A stretch of 31,244 nucleotides of DNA, taken from a virus (lineage: Duplodnaviria; Caudoviricetes). Under the pieces are notes generated by a model. It ran no database searches. It saw nothing but the letters and a program-made list of their open reading frames with translations, and was not told the DNA's origin. This document shows positions 1 through 11,000 of the stretch, in pieces. The position numbers and the translations under genes were made by a program. Positions within the stretch are counted from its first letter, which is position 1; every line of letters starts with the position of its first letter. The stretch spans positions 1 to 31,244 of the IMG/VR virus record IMGVR_UViG_3300025502_000097. One strand, 5' to 3'.

Positions 1-475
1 GCTCATCACCAATAGCACAGTCTCCTGTGCCTGGTCCAACTGCAACCATACCACGCTCAACTGGGCACTCACCGATGTCACCTGCGGTCAGGTTAAGGGT
101 TGGGTTTCCAGCTGCGACGGTTAGGTTGGAGTCCTGACCAGCAATAGAGAACAATAGATTCTCTAGAGTTGATTCAGCAAAAGCAGTGTTCAGGTTAACC
201 TGCATACCCTGCTTGTATAGCTTTGCAACGTCAAGAAGCTGGTCTACCTGAACCTCACCGAAGTCAGGTTGGAAGACGATCTCAAGACCGTTCATTGTGT
301 AACCTACGTTGCGGAAATCTGTGTCATCGGACAATGTGTCCTTAAACGATGTTCCAGGAACGTAAGCTGGCAGATCAGCCTCTGTAAGCTCGGAAGCTCC
401 AGCTGATGGGTCATATGTAAACAGTGCTGCTGCACCAACAATGATGTTAGCACTTGTACCACGTGAATATGCCAT
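1..475 (-). CDS. Major tail (tube) protein, runs off the left edge of the window
   Basis: Hand translation from ATG at 475 gives MAYSRGTSANIIVGAAALF...FRNVGYTMNGLEIVFQPDFGEVQVDQLLDVAKLYKQGMQV...AESTLENL, a siphovirus tail-tube-like pattern. GAGGTG RBS upstream; lies after the neck genes. Not in the ORF track because it is truncated. Confidence 0.8.
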   Translation of the reverse strand, partial: MAYSRGTSANIIVGAAALFTYDPSAGASELTEADLPAYVPGTSFKDTLSDDTDFRNVGYTMNGLEIVFQPDFGEVQVDQLLDVAKLYKQGMQVNLNTAFAESTLENLLFSIAGQDSNLTVAAGNPTLNLTAGDIGECPVERGMVAVGPGTGDCAIGDE

Positions 476-552
476 ATTTGTTCACCTCTTTTTCTATAGA
501 TAAATAGGCGTGTTTCCTCAAGACAATTATATCAGCCTTTTGTTATAACAGG

Positions 553-1188
553 TTATGGGGTATTTTTTAGTGGACCATCTGGAATTTGTATTTGAGTACT
601 GTCAGATACTCTTTCCAATGTCCTGGCGCTCATTTGATGATAGTTAAATTCTATGATTATCTTGTTTCCACCATAAGTCCTGGCAGTCCCAAAGTCTATT
701 ATGTCTCTAACTTCTTCTAGCTGATAAATCTTAAAGCTATGGAAAAAGAATTCTGCTGGAACAGAGTCTAGATTGTTTATCGGGATGCCGCCAGCAGATG
801 TTTTTTGCCTAGCCCAACGGTTTATCTCTTCCGCAGTCTCATCTTCTCGATCCATAAGCCTGTAGACTTGCTCTTGTGTCTGAACCATTAGCTCTGTTGC
901 ATTCTCTTCAGTTGCATAAAAATAATATATAGTCTGCTCTGTTTTTATGTGTGGGAAAGCTTTTGGTCTGCGCCTAAACATTCTATCCCAAGTTGCCATA
1001 ACTCCAGCGTATCCGTATCTTTCGTTTGGCGAAACGACTACCCACCTCTCAGTAAGGTCATCAATATTTGCTGGCATGCTTGGGAAAAAGGGAATTCCTA
1101 TTCCAACATTCTCACCAAGCTTTTCTTGTAGATAATTGTTTATCCATAAAACTGGTGTATTTAGCGTTGAGCCATAGACTATAGCCAT
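553..1188 (-). CDS. Putative tail terminator / tail-completion protein
   Basis: 211 aa ORF directly upstream of the tail tube gene; assignment by synteny only. Confidence 0.5.
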   Translation of the reverse strand: MAIVYGSTLNTPVLWINNYLQEKLGENVGIGIPFFPSMPANIDDLTERWVVVSPNERYGYAGVMATWDRMFRRRPKAFPHIKTEQTIYYFYATEENATELMVQTQEQVYRLMDREDETAEEINRWARQKTSAGGIPINNLDSVPAEFFFHSFKIYQLEEVRDIIDFGTARTYGGNKIIIEFNYHQMSARTLERVSDSTQIQIPDGPLKNTP

Positions 1189-1865
1189 TAAAAATCAACT
1201 CCTGTGTTTGCCATCCAATTATAGCCTACCTCGATGCCCTTTGACTTTCCAGATCTTTTACCCGCTTGTAGGTTTGTTCTATATGCTGTTGGATTCTTTA
1301 AGTAATCCATTATACCGCTTGACTTTAAAAATGCTTGAGAGAAGTAGTTTTGAAAAAAGAGGTCCAAAGTTTTTTCGTAAGAACGATTAACAGCTGCCCC
1401 GCCAGGCTCAGTTACAGTGACTGGGCCCCTTGTGAATACAGTCTCTCCGTCTTTTTCAAATACCAGAACTTCTGCTGCTTTTGGTACGATGGTCACGGGA
1501 AGCCCCTGTTCCATAATCCTTGCTTTATCGTAAAATGCGGTGGTTGATCCATTCTTTACGGATGTTGACTGTCTGAAGCTTGAGCTGAATGATATGCCAG
1601 TTCCAGACACTACATAGTCTATGTCAAAAAGTCTAGCTGAAGGGCTTCCAGTCTCATGCCACTCATACATGTGATGTAGCGCTTCTGGATTAACTCTAGC
1701 ATTAGAGTCAATAAACTCTTTTAGCATTTCTATCGCTGCTTTTCCTAGATTATTTAATAAGACTGGCTCTGCTTTATTTACTCCCTCGAAAAACCCTATA
1801 GAGTATTGCAGGACGTTGTTTACTTCTTTCATAAAGCTTGATGTGTCAGCTGTTACTTTTATCAT
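1188..1865 (-). CDS. Putative neck / tail-completion protein (HK97 gp10-like position)
   Basis: 225 aa; ARIMEQG...IVPKAAEVLVF pattern resembles neck proteins; translationally coupled to neighbours. Confidence 0.5.
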   Translation of the reverse strand: MIKVTADTSSFMKEVNNVLQYSIGFFEGVNKAEPVLLNNLGKAAIEMLKEFIDSNARVNPEALHHMYEWHETGSPSARLFDIDYVVSGTGISFSSSFRQSTSVKNGSTTAFYDKARIMEQGLPVTIVPKAAEVLVFEKDGETVFTRGPVTVTEPGGAAVNRSYEKTLDLFFQNYFSQAFLKSSGIMDYLKNPTAYRTNLQAGKRSGKSKGIEVGYNWMANTGVDF

Positions 1866-2314
1866 TATAAGTCTACTGCCTGATTCTCTGAGCGCCTAAG
1901 GACAAGCTTGTAGAACTCTATTCCGCCGAATGGTCCAGGGTAAGGCTCTTGGGTGGCTATTTCAAATAGTGTAGACTTTCCAGCCCTTGGGCCAGTTGTC
2001 TCAATATAAATCTCATTACAGTTCTTGTCTGTAATATTTGTAATTAAAACATTAGTTATTGAATTTGCACTATTTCGTGTTGAAAAGCGAACATCTTGCT
2101 TTACTCTTCCCATGATTATGCTATCTTGAATTATCTTAACTTCTGGCCTAAGGTCTTCCTTTAGAGCTGTGCCCCCTGGGGTAAGGTTGCATACGACAGT
2201 TCTATCAAGTATCCACTGCTTCTTTACGTTTCCGTAAGGACCCTGTTCTACCATTGGGTAATATATGTCAGCGTTCATAGGGAACATAAAATCGTTAGTG
2301 TTGCAGTCAGCCAC
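1865..2314 (-). CDS. Putative head-closure (stopper) protein
   Basis: 149 aa, beta-rich, QGPYGNVKKQW motif near the N-terminus; follows the adaptor gene. Confidence 0.55.
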   Translation of the reverse strand: MADCNTNDFMFPMNADIYYPMVEQGPYGNVKKQWILDRTVVCNLTPGGTALKEDLRPEVKIIQDSIIMGRVKQDVRFSTRNSANSITNVLITNITDKNCNEIYIETTGPRAGKSTLFEIATQEPYPGPFGGIEFYKLVLRRSENQAVDL

Positions 2315-3192
2315 TATAGGACTCCTAGTGTTCTAATAGATTTAGCATACTTAGAAAGTATCTTATCTACTACGATGTTCCCCGTTCCTTCAAACACTCG
2401 CTTGTCAAACTTTAATTTAAACTGATCGGTATTGTATTCTGAAACATACCTAGAAGAATAGTCTAGCTTTCCACAGCTTATGTCATCTATCAAGAACTCT
2501 GCGGCTCTAACAATATCTGATGGTACCTCGATGTTGCCAATCTCTAGTACCAGAACATAGTCAAAGGTTTTTGGGAATCCTCTAAACTCGTACTTGGCAT
2601 CTAGCCAGTCTGAAGCACCCGCTGGCAATACTAAAGGTGATGACTCAGAACGATTTATTAATCCAGGTGCTGACTCTATCATTGCTGTAGAATCAGGGCT
2701 GATCTCAAATGATCTAGCATATAGCTCTGGAGAAGCTGCATCATAAACCAGGACATTGTTTTCGTATACCTTTAGGATCTTACGAACATCCTGCCAAAAG
2801 GGTATGTAGTCTGCACCAGTGCCAGTAATCTCTATTGTCTTTTTCTGATAATAAAATCCTTGACTTATTACTGAGTCAATTACTGCTCTTGCAACTTCTT
2901 CATTACGAGAATACTCTGTAATCTCTGAAGCTGTTGTACCCTTGACATTTGGGTCTACATATGGCCTGACTACATCTGCGAAGACTTCTCTATTATCTAC
3001 AGTAATCAGGTACTGATTATCATACCTAGAAGATAGCGGTATTGATATTTTTGAATCTACGCCAGAGGTGGCTGAGCCTGTGGTTATTGAGCGATCTGCC
3101 ATATCTTCTATGGTATATGTATAGGATGTAGAAGCATCTGTTACAGTAATTTCTGCATTTGTATTATACGGCTGAACCCTCAAAATTTCCAT
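2314..3192 (-). CDS. Head-to-tail adaptor/connector
   Basis: 292 aa; VPSDIVRAAEFLI and FEGTGNIVVDKILSKY are adaptor-like motifs; downstream of the capsid gene. Confidence 0.65.
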   Translation of the reverse strand: MEILRVQPYNTNAEITVTDASTSYTYTIEDMADRSITTGSATSGVDSKISIPLSSRYDNQYLITVDNREVFADVVRPYVDPNVKGTTASEITEYSRNEEVARAVIDSVISQGFYYQKKTIEITGTGADYIPFWQDVRKILKVYENNVLVYDAASPELYARSFEISPDSTAMIESAPGLINRSESSPLVLPAGASDWLDAKYEFRGFPKTFDYVLVLEIGNIEVPSDIVRAAEFLIDDISCGKLDYSSRYVSEYNTDQFKLKFDKRVFEGTGNIVVDKILSKYAKSIRTLGVL

Positions 3193-3195
3193 TGA

Positions 3196-3564
3196 CTATA
3201 CACCAAACTCTTCTGCAACCTCTTGTGGGGTTGCCATTCTTGTGTGGTTTCTCGTTAGCCACTTATCGGCATCTTCTTTTGTTACGATATTGTAACCTCG
3301 GTAGATTTTTCCAACACCCTCCCAGCTAACATTTTTAGTGGAATAGATAGCTGCCTTGTCTTCTTCTGTAACCTTCTTTGCTACAGGTTTGGCAGGTGCT
3401 TTTTTGTTGCTTTTTGATGCAACTTTATTTGGAACTGTAGTACCAATCGCACCACTATCTATGTTTCCCAATACTGGCTTTGGCACTGTTCTCTTTGCAA
3501 AATCTTTGGTAGATATAGAGTTCGTAGACTCTTGCGCAGGCTTTGTTGTTTTTTTATTTGGCAT
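3196..3564 (-). CDS. Lys/Pro-rich hypothetical virion-associated protein
   Basis: 122 aa; GGAGG RBS; own TGATATAAT promoter at 3582-3590. Confidence 0.6.
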   Translation of the reverse strand: MPNKKTTKPAQESTNSISTKDFAKRTVPKPVLGNIDSGAIGTTVPNKVASKSNKKAPAKPVAKKVTEEDKAAIYSTKNVSWEGVGKIYRGYNIVTKEDADKWLTRNHTRMATPQEVAEEFGV

Positions 3565-3601
3565 GTTTTCCTCCTGATGTAATTATATCAGATAATAATA
3601 A

Positions 3602-3631
3602 GAGGGCTGGGGACAATGCCCCAGCCCCCTC
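3602..3631 (-). terminator. Intrinsic terminator-like hairpin after the major capsid gene
   Basis: Minus strand reads GAGGGGGCTGGGGCATTGTCCCCAGCCCTC then TTATT: GC-rich stem with a short U-rich tail. Confidence 0.7.
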
Positions 3632-3649
3632 AAAAGGTTTGGTTAAGGA

Positions 3650-4726
3650 TTAGCTATCTGCAGCCGCGTCAGCGAATGCAACAGCGTCCTCTTCCTCCCA
3701 CTGGATACCAAAACGGACAAATACAGTATATTCGATTGTGTCCTTCTTGGCAACGTACTCACGGTTTACCGTGATGTCACGCTGGAATCCCCAAATACGG
3801 TTGCTTGGGAATGTTAGGTCAACGTAGCCATCTGGGTAGTAAGGTACCTCCATTACTGGAATACCTAGAATACGAGTGGTGCGAGCCTGGCCAAGAACCT
3901 GATCGGTTCCAGCTAGGTAAGCATTACGGTAGTCCTCAGTCCAGATGTTATCTGTCAGAGTTCCGTTGCTCTTTGCGATGCTCTGGAATGTGTCTGTTCC
4001 TGCGTAGAACTTTAGACCACTCTTTAGAGCACGGTACTTACGTGGTAGTGAATTGATAATGCCCTGAAGGACCTCTGGGGTCCAGTCAGTAACAGTAGCA
4101 ACGTACTCATGTGAGTCACCATTGGTCTTTGTCCTGTTGACAAAGCCCTCCATGATTGATAGGAAGTTACCCGTAGCTCCGTCACCATTGATCGCTAGAT
4201 CTTCGATGTCATTTGCAAATGCATTTGTCATCAAACGTACTAGGTGATCCTCAAGTGCTGAACCCTCGAGGTTGTCTTCGAGGGCTTCAGCTGAGACTTC
4301 CCAGTCCAAACGGATTTTCTTGGTGGTTAGCTCTACCTTGCTGAATGTTGCTCCAGCATTGGTGTAGCTAGCGTCACCCTGATTTGCTGCGCGGATAACA
4401 CGCTCGCCAACGTTAACCTTTTCGAGCTCCATAGTGTTAGCTCTCATTGTTACGCGACGACCGTCCTTGGCGAGAACAGTTGCGTCCCAAACATAGTCGA
4501 TAAATCGACGTGCTTGTTCTGGACGAAGAATCCCACTACCTGCATCACCCGAAGGATTTACGGCATTGGGACCAGTTGTTACACCAAATTCGGCAGTTGG
4601 AATATTACCAAGTGTGTCGGCACCTGGATTCGTTATTCCACCGATACCTCCAGACGCAAATGCACCTTCGCCATTAACTTCGTTGGCTGCTGCTCCTGGA
4701 TAGTTCTTTTTAATATCTTCCGACAT
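3650..4726 (-). CDS. Major capsid protein (HK97 fold)
   Basis: Likely start MSEDIKK at 4726 with AGGAGGTG RBS. GILRPEQARRFID and FANDIEDLAINGD are capsid-like motifs; follows the protease gene. Confidence 0.9.
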   Translation of the reverse strand: MSEDIKKNYPGAAANEVNGEGAFASGGIGGITNPGADTLGNIPTAEFGVTTGPNAVNPSGDAGSGILRPEQARRFIDYVWDATVLAKDGRRVTMRANTMELEKVNVGERVIRAANQGDASYTNAGATFSKVELTTKKIRLDWEVSAEALEDNLEGSALEDHLVRLMTNAFANDIEDLAINGDGATGNFLSIMEGFVNRTKTNGDSHEYVATVTDWTPEVLQGIINSLPRKYRALKSGLKFYAGTDTFQSIAKSNGTLTDNIWTEDYRNAYLAGTDQVLGQARTTRILGIPVMEVPYYPDGYVDLTFPSNRIWGFQRDITVNREYVAKKDTIEYTVFVRFGIQWEEEDAVAFADAAADS

Positions 4727-4752
4727 ATTGTCACCTCCTAAGTGATTGTTAC

Positions 4753-6039
4753 TTAATTGAATAAGTCGGCAGTTTTGAGGAAACGTCCGCCCCATAGGGA
4801 TTTATGAACCAATTCTGGTTCATTTTCCTGTACGATCTCGCCAAGATCGCCAGATTTACGGAAAGCCGTAGCATCTTCCACAATGCCCATTCTCTTTCCA
4901 AACTCTTGCTTTGACTCTGCAACCTCGGCACTAACGGTTGTCAGGGACTTTTTTAATTCGTCAACTTGCTCGTTAAGAGACTTGACGATGGATGATAGGT
5001 CGCTAAAGGCTGATGACATTGATTCCCTCATATCGGAAACCGCTGTCATGATTTCATTGGCTGAGTCTGATTTTTGGACCTCAACGGTCTCTGCTACAAC
5101 CTCTTCGACTGTTTCGATTACTTCCTCGGTCTCTAGGACCTCGTCAGACTTCTCTACAACCTCTTCAGTAACAGCAAGCCCTTCATTCTCAGCTTCTGCC
5201 TCTTGTGCGACCTGGTCTGATACTACATCTTCTTCAACTGCCTTTTCGACAGTTGCATCGGTGTTTTTTTCAGTCATAGGACTTACCTCCTTGGTCATCT
5301 TAGAAGTATTAATGCCTTTAGCACTATCAACTAAGAACTTTATCATTTCTGTTTTTTCGTTATCTGTTTTTTCAACGAAACCTATATTTTCCATAGCCGC
5401 ACCTGTTTCGGGGCTAAGCTCAGATTCCCTCTCTGACAAAAGGACCAAGCCAGAATGCTTGTCCCAGAAAACGTTTTCAATAAGTGTCTCGGCAACGGCG
5501 CCTTTAATTATTGTCTCTCCAGATGAATTCTTTTCGATGGACATGATACTTGCAAATTGATTTGCTGGATTGTCTACTAGAGAAAGCTCTACTAGATCGT
5601 ATTCTTTAATGACACGAACCTTTGTCTCAAGCTTCTCATCATAGGCATCGTCCCATTTGTTCATTCTACCGCCAATAGAAAAGCCTGAGAGGGTTCCATC
5701 TAGAACTTTCTCCCAGGTGTCCTGTGCGCCCTTAGATACATAGGCAGAAACGTAAACACCAGAATAGAACTTCTTAGATTCTGTATCAAAATATTTATCT
5801 TCTTTGAAGGAAACCATTTTACCAACAGCAGTTGGCTGGTGCATCTCTCTGATGTTCCCACGGAACTGAGCAAAAGCGTTTACGCTTGCATCTGTAGTAA
5901 CAATGTCATTTTGCTTGTCGACATTGTCGAGTGTGGCAAATCCTGAGACGATACGTCTCTCCACATCAACTTTAGAGAATGGCATTGAGAGGCGAACATT
6001 GTCGCCTTCAGTCATCCATGTAGCCTTAGATATAGTCAT
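4753..6039 (-). CDS. Prohead protease with fused acidic/coiled-coil scaffold
   Basis: IVSGFAT..VDKQND, IREMHQ, LSGFSIGG and ELSLVDNPAN match HK97/XkdF-type maturation protease motifs; Glu-rich C-terminal half. Confidence 0.9.
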   Translation of the reverse strand: MTISKATWMTEGDNVRLSMPFSKVDVERRIVSGFATLDNVDKQNDIVTTDASVNAFAQFRGNIREMHQPTAVGKMVSFKEDKYFDTESKKFYSGVYVSAYVSKGAQDTWEKVLDGTLSGFSIGGRMNKWDDAYDEKLETKVRVIKEYDLVELSLVDNPANQFASIMSIEKNSSGETIIKGAVAETLIENVFWDKHSGLVLLSERESELSPETGAAMENIGFVEKTDNEKTEMIKFLVDSAKGINTSKMTKEVSPMTEKNTDATVEKAVEEDVVSDQVAQEAEAENEGLAVTEEVVEKSDEVLETEEVIETVEEVVAETVEVQKSDSANEIMTAVSDMRESMSSAFSDLSSIVKSLNEQVDELKKSLTTVSAEVAESKQEFGKRMGIVEDATAFRKSGDLGEIVQENEPELVHKSLWGGRFLKTADLFN

Positions 6040-6089
6040 ACACTATAATTATATACATCTTTTTGTAAAAAGTTACAGAATTGTAACAT

Positions 6090-7691
6090 TTAATTAGATG
6101 ATCTTCCTTCCCCTTGAGCATTCCTACCCTCTATTGTAGCAGATCCATCTGATTGATTATTCAATCTTTCGGAATCCCTCTGTCGGTTTCCGTTTGCCCT
6201 TGCATCTGCTGCTTGTCGAGGACCCATTACAAATGGGGCATCTCCGTCTGGCCTCTGAGGTAGCCCTAGAGCTTCTCTTGCTTCGTTAGGAACCATAATC
6301 TGATTCTTAACATACCTTTCCAGAATCTGAGATTGAGCAATTTCATCTGTTAGGGTTAGCTCGTTAAACTTAAAGTCTAGAATATCTGTTCTCTCTTTTA
6401 TGATCTTATTCATCATCTTTTCAAGATTCTTCTGGGCAGGTCTTGCAACCTGTTCTTTAAATGTTCTATCCTGTGAAAGTGCAGATGCAATACTGGAGGA
6501 ATCGCTTCCTCCTATTTTAGAAAGAGGAACCTGATGTGCAATCAGAATGTCGTCTCTGTTCTGTTTACGATACTCTTTAAAGGATGCTTCTTGGACACCA
6601 TTCTCAATTGGTTCCATTTTGAAATCTACCTTGTTAGTTTCGGTATCTCCAGGAAGTGGTATGTACAATGTTCTGTGGCTTTGACCTTTAAGATTTGTTT
6701 GCAAGAATCTGAATAGTCTGTCTTCTGCTTCCTCTGTTAGCTTTGCACCCTTAAGAGTTACGACATATCGTGGCACCGCTTTATTTGCAAAGAAGTCGAT
6801 GTTGTACTGAGATGCAAGCTGATCACCCTGCAAAGAAGAAATTGCAGACATGATATCTGGAATTCCATAGAAGGTATTCAGAGGAGAGTACTCTTTGTAA
6901 TGTAAGATCTCATTTGGCCTTGTGTCTTCTGTAACTGGGTTTGGGTTATTAGCAGCAAAGTTTCTAAAGTAGACAACCTTGTTTCCAATAATTTGAACAA
7001 AGCCGTCTCGCTTCCTTCTAACTCTCATTGTGGTTGCTGGTATATGTCCAACATAGCCAATTTCTCCATTTACAGTTCTTCCAATTTCCAGATACCCGTT
7101 TCCAGTTGCCTGAACGTCCGTATAAAACTTCATCATGGTATGAGTAAGCGAATCATCATCATTCAGACTCTCGATCCAATCCTTGATTTCAATCTTTGCT
7201 CTTTCAATTCTATTACGGGCTCGTGACCTCTGGGTATCGTCCATGACTGTCTCAAGCCTTAGCATGGTGCTTTCGGAAACATGAAAGTCATATCCTAGGC
7301 CTACAATATTTTCTACCTTGGCATCAATGGCAGCGTGATTAGCGAATGAGGTATCGTAAAAGTTTGCAAGCTCGTAAAGATTCCAGGGAGGAGTGATTAC
7401 ATCAAAAAGCCCGTAGCCATTACGATAAACATCTCCTGGATTAATTTCTTTTGATCTAGCTCCATCTCTACCACGAGAAACCGCAGAGGCGCTATCAAGG
7501 TAGCCGTCAGTATTTACATCTATTCCTGCAGCTTTTACTACACGGGTAGTCCTGCGCTTAAAATTTTGGTCTAGTCCATTTAGAGCTTTGAGATCATCCC
7601 ATGACTTATTAAAAGGATCTTGAGTCTTGAAGATATTCTCTTCTTTAGCAATCTGATCTGTCTTAATTAATATTCTTTGCTCGTCGCTCAT
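6090..7691 (-). CDS. Portal protein
   Basis: 533 aa with TGNGYLEI, EILHYKEYSPLNTFYGIP, FFANKAVP, ILIAHQVP and PNEAREALGL portal motifs. Confidence 0.92.
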   Translation of the reverse strand: MSDEQRILIKTDQIAKEENIFKTQDPFNKSWDDLKALNGLDQNFKRRTTRVVKAAGIDVNTDGYLDSASAVSRGRDGARSKEINPGDVYRNGYGLFDVITPPWNLYELANFYDTSFANHAAIDAKVENIVGLGYDFHVSESTMLRLETVMDDTQRSRARNRIERAKIEIKDWIESLNDDDSLTHTMMKFYTDVQATGNGYLEIGRTVNGEIGYVGHIPATTMRVRRKRDGFVQIIGNKVVYFRNFAANNPNPVTEDTRPNEILHYKEYSPLNTFYGIPDIMSAISSLQGDQLASQYNIDFFANKAVPRYVVTLKGAKLTEEAEDRLFRFLQTNLKGQSHRTLYIPLPGDTETNKVDFKMEPIENGVQEASFKEYRKQNRDDILIAHQVPLSKIGGSDSSSIASALSQDRTFKEQVARPAQKNLEKMMNKIIKERTDILDFKFNELTLTDEIAQSQILERYVKNQIMVPNEAREALGLPQRPDGDAPFVMGPRQAADARANGNRQRDSERLNNQSDGSATIEGRNAQGEGRSSN

Positions 7692-8074
7692 TATTCCTCG
7701 TCGCCGTATTGTTCTAATGTTTGCTTTGCAGCTATGACAGCACCTAGATCATTCATGCTTGGGATAAGTCCTTGTTTCATTCTATCCATCTGCTCTGAAT
7801 ATTCTTCATCTGTAATACGTGCTGTACCTGGGAAAAATACTGGTTCTCCCTCTGGCTCGCCATTATGCTTGGCTGCATCTTTAAGTTTTTGAATTTGATT
7901 CTGGTCACCCTTGTTGGAAGGAATGTTTAATACGTTACCACTACCATCAGTGAACCATTTTCCGTTTGATTTCTTCCAAACGTAGACTCCCCAGGCATAT
8001 CCTGTGGGCTCAACAACTGTTAGTTTGGCTTTTGAAAGGGCTTGTTCTATAGCATCTGGCTTTTCTTTTGACAT
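7691..8074 (-). CDS. Hypothetical protein upstream of portal (probable leaderless start MSKEK at 8074)
   Basis: ATG at 8074 lies 6 nt after TGGTATAAT (8081-8089); the ORF-track start at 8122 overlaps the upstream gene. Confidence 0.65.
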   Translation of the reverse strand: MSKEKPDAIEQALSKAKLTVVEPTGYAWGVYVWKKSNGKWFTDGSGNVLNIPSNKGDQNQIQKLKDAAKHNGEPEGEPVFFPGTARITDEEYSEQMDRMKQGLIPSMNDLGAVIAAKQTLEQYGDEE

Positions 8075-8091
8075 ACCATTATTATACCACA

Positions 8092-11000
8092 TTACACTGG
8101 AGTTATGGTGCTTGTTGACCATAAAATGTCATTTTGAGCCACATATTCATATCCGCTGAGCCTAAATAGTCTTGGATCGTCAATAGCTACCCTGTTTGTG
8201 CCAGTATACGTCTTATAGATATTCTTGGGATCTACACCATAATAGCTAGTAGCAGACAAAACTAACACGCCATCCCAGTTAAATCCAGAAGCCCAGAAGT
8301 TCCATTCCAATAGTGAGGTCCCCAGGAATTTTACTCTTAGCCAGTTTCTGAAAGAGGTGTTCTGAACTTGCTGTAGATTTGTTGACTGATAGTGGGATAT
8401 AGTATTGAACAACATTGGTCCAGTTAGTCTAATAGCACCAACAAAGCTGTCTAAGTTTAAAATATTTGCAAAGCTTATGCCAACAAGTGCCCACTGCTTT
8501 ACAGATAAGACTGGGTTTGATACGATCTTTCCGTTAAGATAAAAACCAATTCCGTTCTCTATAGAGTTTGTCCTGGCATTTACAGCAATGATTCTTGCCC
8601 GTTTCCTTCCAGAGTCAACAGGTTCTAGGTAGAATTTTAGGTAGACGTTCCTGCTCTCTACCTCAAACAGCTCTGTTCTCTCTGCTGGGAATAGGTCTTG
8701 GTCATATCTCATTGCAGCTTGCATTGCAATTATTCTATAGTTCTCCGCAAGATTGCGGTTGATTGGAATAGACAGGCCTCTGCTTATGTTTTCATCAAAT
8801 CTGCCTTTTACTTCTATGCCACTAGTTCTAGTTAGGTATAGATATGGGGTGCTGCCCTTATATATGCTATATGGATTTTCAGTTTTATAATCAAAATATA
8901 CCCCAGACTTTTTATAGGGAAAGATGGGGACTCCAAACCTTGTGCCAATTGAGTTTGGTGATGAGTCATTAAATGCCTGAGATGCTAGCTGTAAAGTTCT
9001 TATTCTTATTGGCTCGTATGTGGAGTCTGTAGTCTTCATCTCGATGTGCACGACTATGGCAATATTGTTAAAATCTACATTATCTGGTGGGTAGATTAAG
9101 TTGCCAGATGTTACTTCATACTTAGACTCCAGCCACTCTGCACCTGGCTTTACTACTCCATTAGTGGGTGCGCAGACTGTGTTAGAGAAAGACTGCTGTG
9201 AAGCATTCGCACCAGACTCTAGATACTGAAAGCTGATATAGGTTCTTACCAGATCATTTTGAGTGAAGCAGCCATCGTCATTAATAGCTGATGCTGGATA
9301 GTTAATGTTTAATTGTATAAAGTCTATGTCATAATACTGTTGGTTATTTTCGTCTAACACGTATTGCCCAAGGTATGTGAGTGGAACGTAGTCTTCCCAG
9401 TAGGACTTAGTCTTATAAGTTAGCTCATACTTTCCAAATCTAACAACTGGAACTGCTGAGTAGCTTGCATCATGATCTTCTGGAATTTGAGTAGCGACTC
9501 CATTTATGTCGAATGTTGATGAAATGAATGTAGTATTCCTTGGCGTATCAAAGTTTATGTTATAAATGTTACCGCTGAAGCTTTGAGAAAAGTCTGGCCT
9601 TCCGCCAAAATATGCGTCTAGAGACACAGATCTTCCAAAAAATGCTTCTACGTTCCCTCCCAGAGACGATGAGAACCTTCTGACATCTATTCCAGCTACA
9701 AACTTATCTCCAAAAGAAACCTTGTCTACTGATCTTAAGGTCTGAGTTGAACCACCATATTTTAGAATATAGTCTGTGGTGGTTTCTTTGCTTACTACTT
9801 CAAAATAGTTACCATTAAGATCATCGACTATGTGTATTAAAACCTGGTCTTCTGACCAAGCAGAGGTTTCCTTAAAAACTGCATATATTGACCTTGCAGT
9901 TTCTTGTAAAAAACTTATATCGCTAAATAGTAAGTGCCCATGCTCATTATCCCAATTTGAATTTGGAATCAGTTTTATAAAAGGTTCTTGTTCATTCTGT
10001 ATTACGAGAGAGTCTTCATACCAGGAGTCTACCGTTTTTGTTGAAAATTGAGGCAATGGGGTTGTGTATGTTGGAGAAGTCAGCTCATCATTCGTTGTTA
10101 GAGCATTGTCAATGAATGCCTGATTCCAAGACCCGATATCTGGATAATTGTAGTTGTTGGTATAGTCGGCAAAAGGATAGTCTATAACGACCGAGGTTCC
10201 ACTGTAAGAGGTGTTTATGTTCTCTGGGAAGTCTACACCCTGCCCAAATACCCATCTACGTTTTGAGACTATAGAGGGCACTTGATATGAGTAGATTGCT
10301 ACACAGTCTATATCTATTGGACTGACATCATCATAGGCATAAAACCCAAGCCAGTCCTGACTTTTATTTTCGTTATTAAATTCTGATGGTAGGGTTAACT
10401 CACTAGTCAAAAAGTCTAGAGTCACCACTTGTTCTCCGTTTATGATGAGGCTTGCAGAGTCTCTGATCATCTCTATTTGAACTAGCATTGGCCTTGACCA
10501 TTCCCCAACAAAGTGAGATCCTAGGGCTGTCCCAATCTTAAGCATAAGAAACGGGCCTTTTACGTACAGGCCATCATCTGAAGATATTGGTCCAAAAATC
10601 TTCCTATATTCATCTGTGTCCGCATTTATTCTAAGCCACATTTCTGCGGTATAGTCTCTATATTGTCCAGATTGATTTAGAAATCCAAACCCAGGGATGA
10701 TTACTGATGGGCTGCCGCCATTTGGATACAGAGTCGTAACATTCTCGGATCCATAAATCATTGGAATTCCAGTGTTCCTGGCAGTTAAAGAATTGTTATC
10801 TATTAGATAGTACCCTGGAGTATCTATTAGTCCATATGCATCTGCACTAACCGCGTCTGTTGCTGTAAGTGCAATATTTGATGGAAATGCTACCTTCTGA
10901 ACACCAAGAGATTCTGCTGAAAACTCCTCAGCCCACTGCCCCATAGTGAGTCCATTAAGAAGGAACTCGTTTTCTTCTGCTGAAGTTGCTCCTGGAAGAT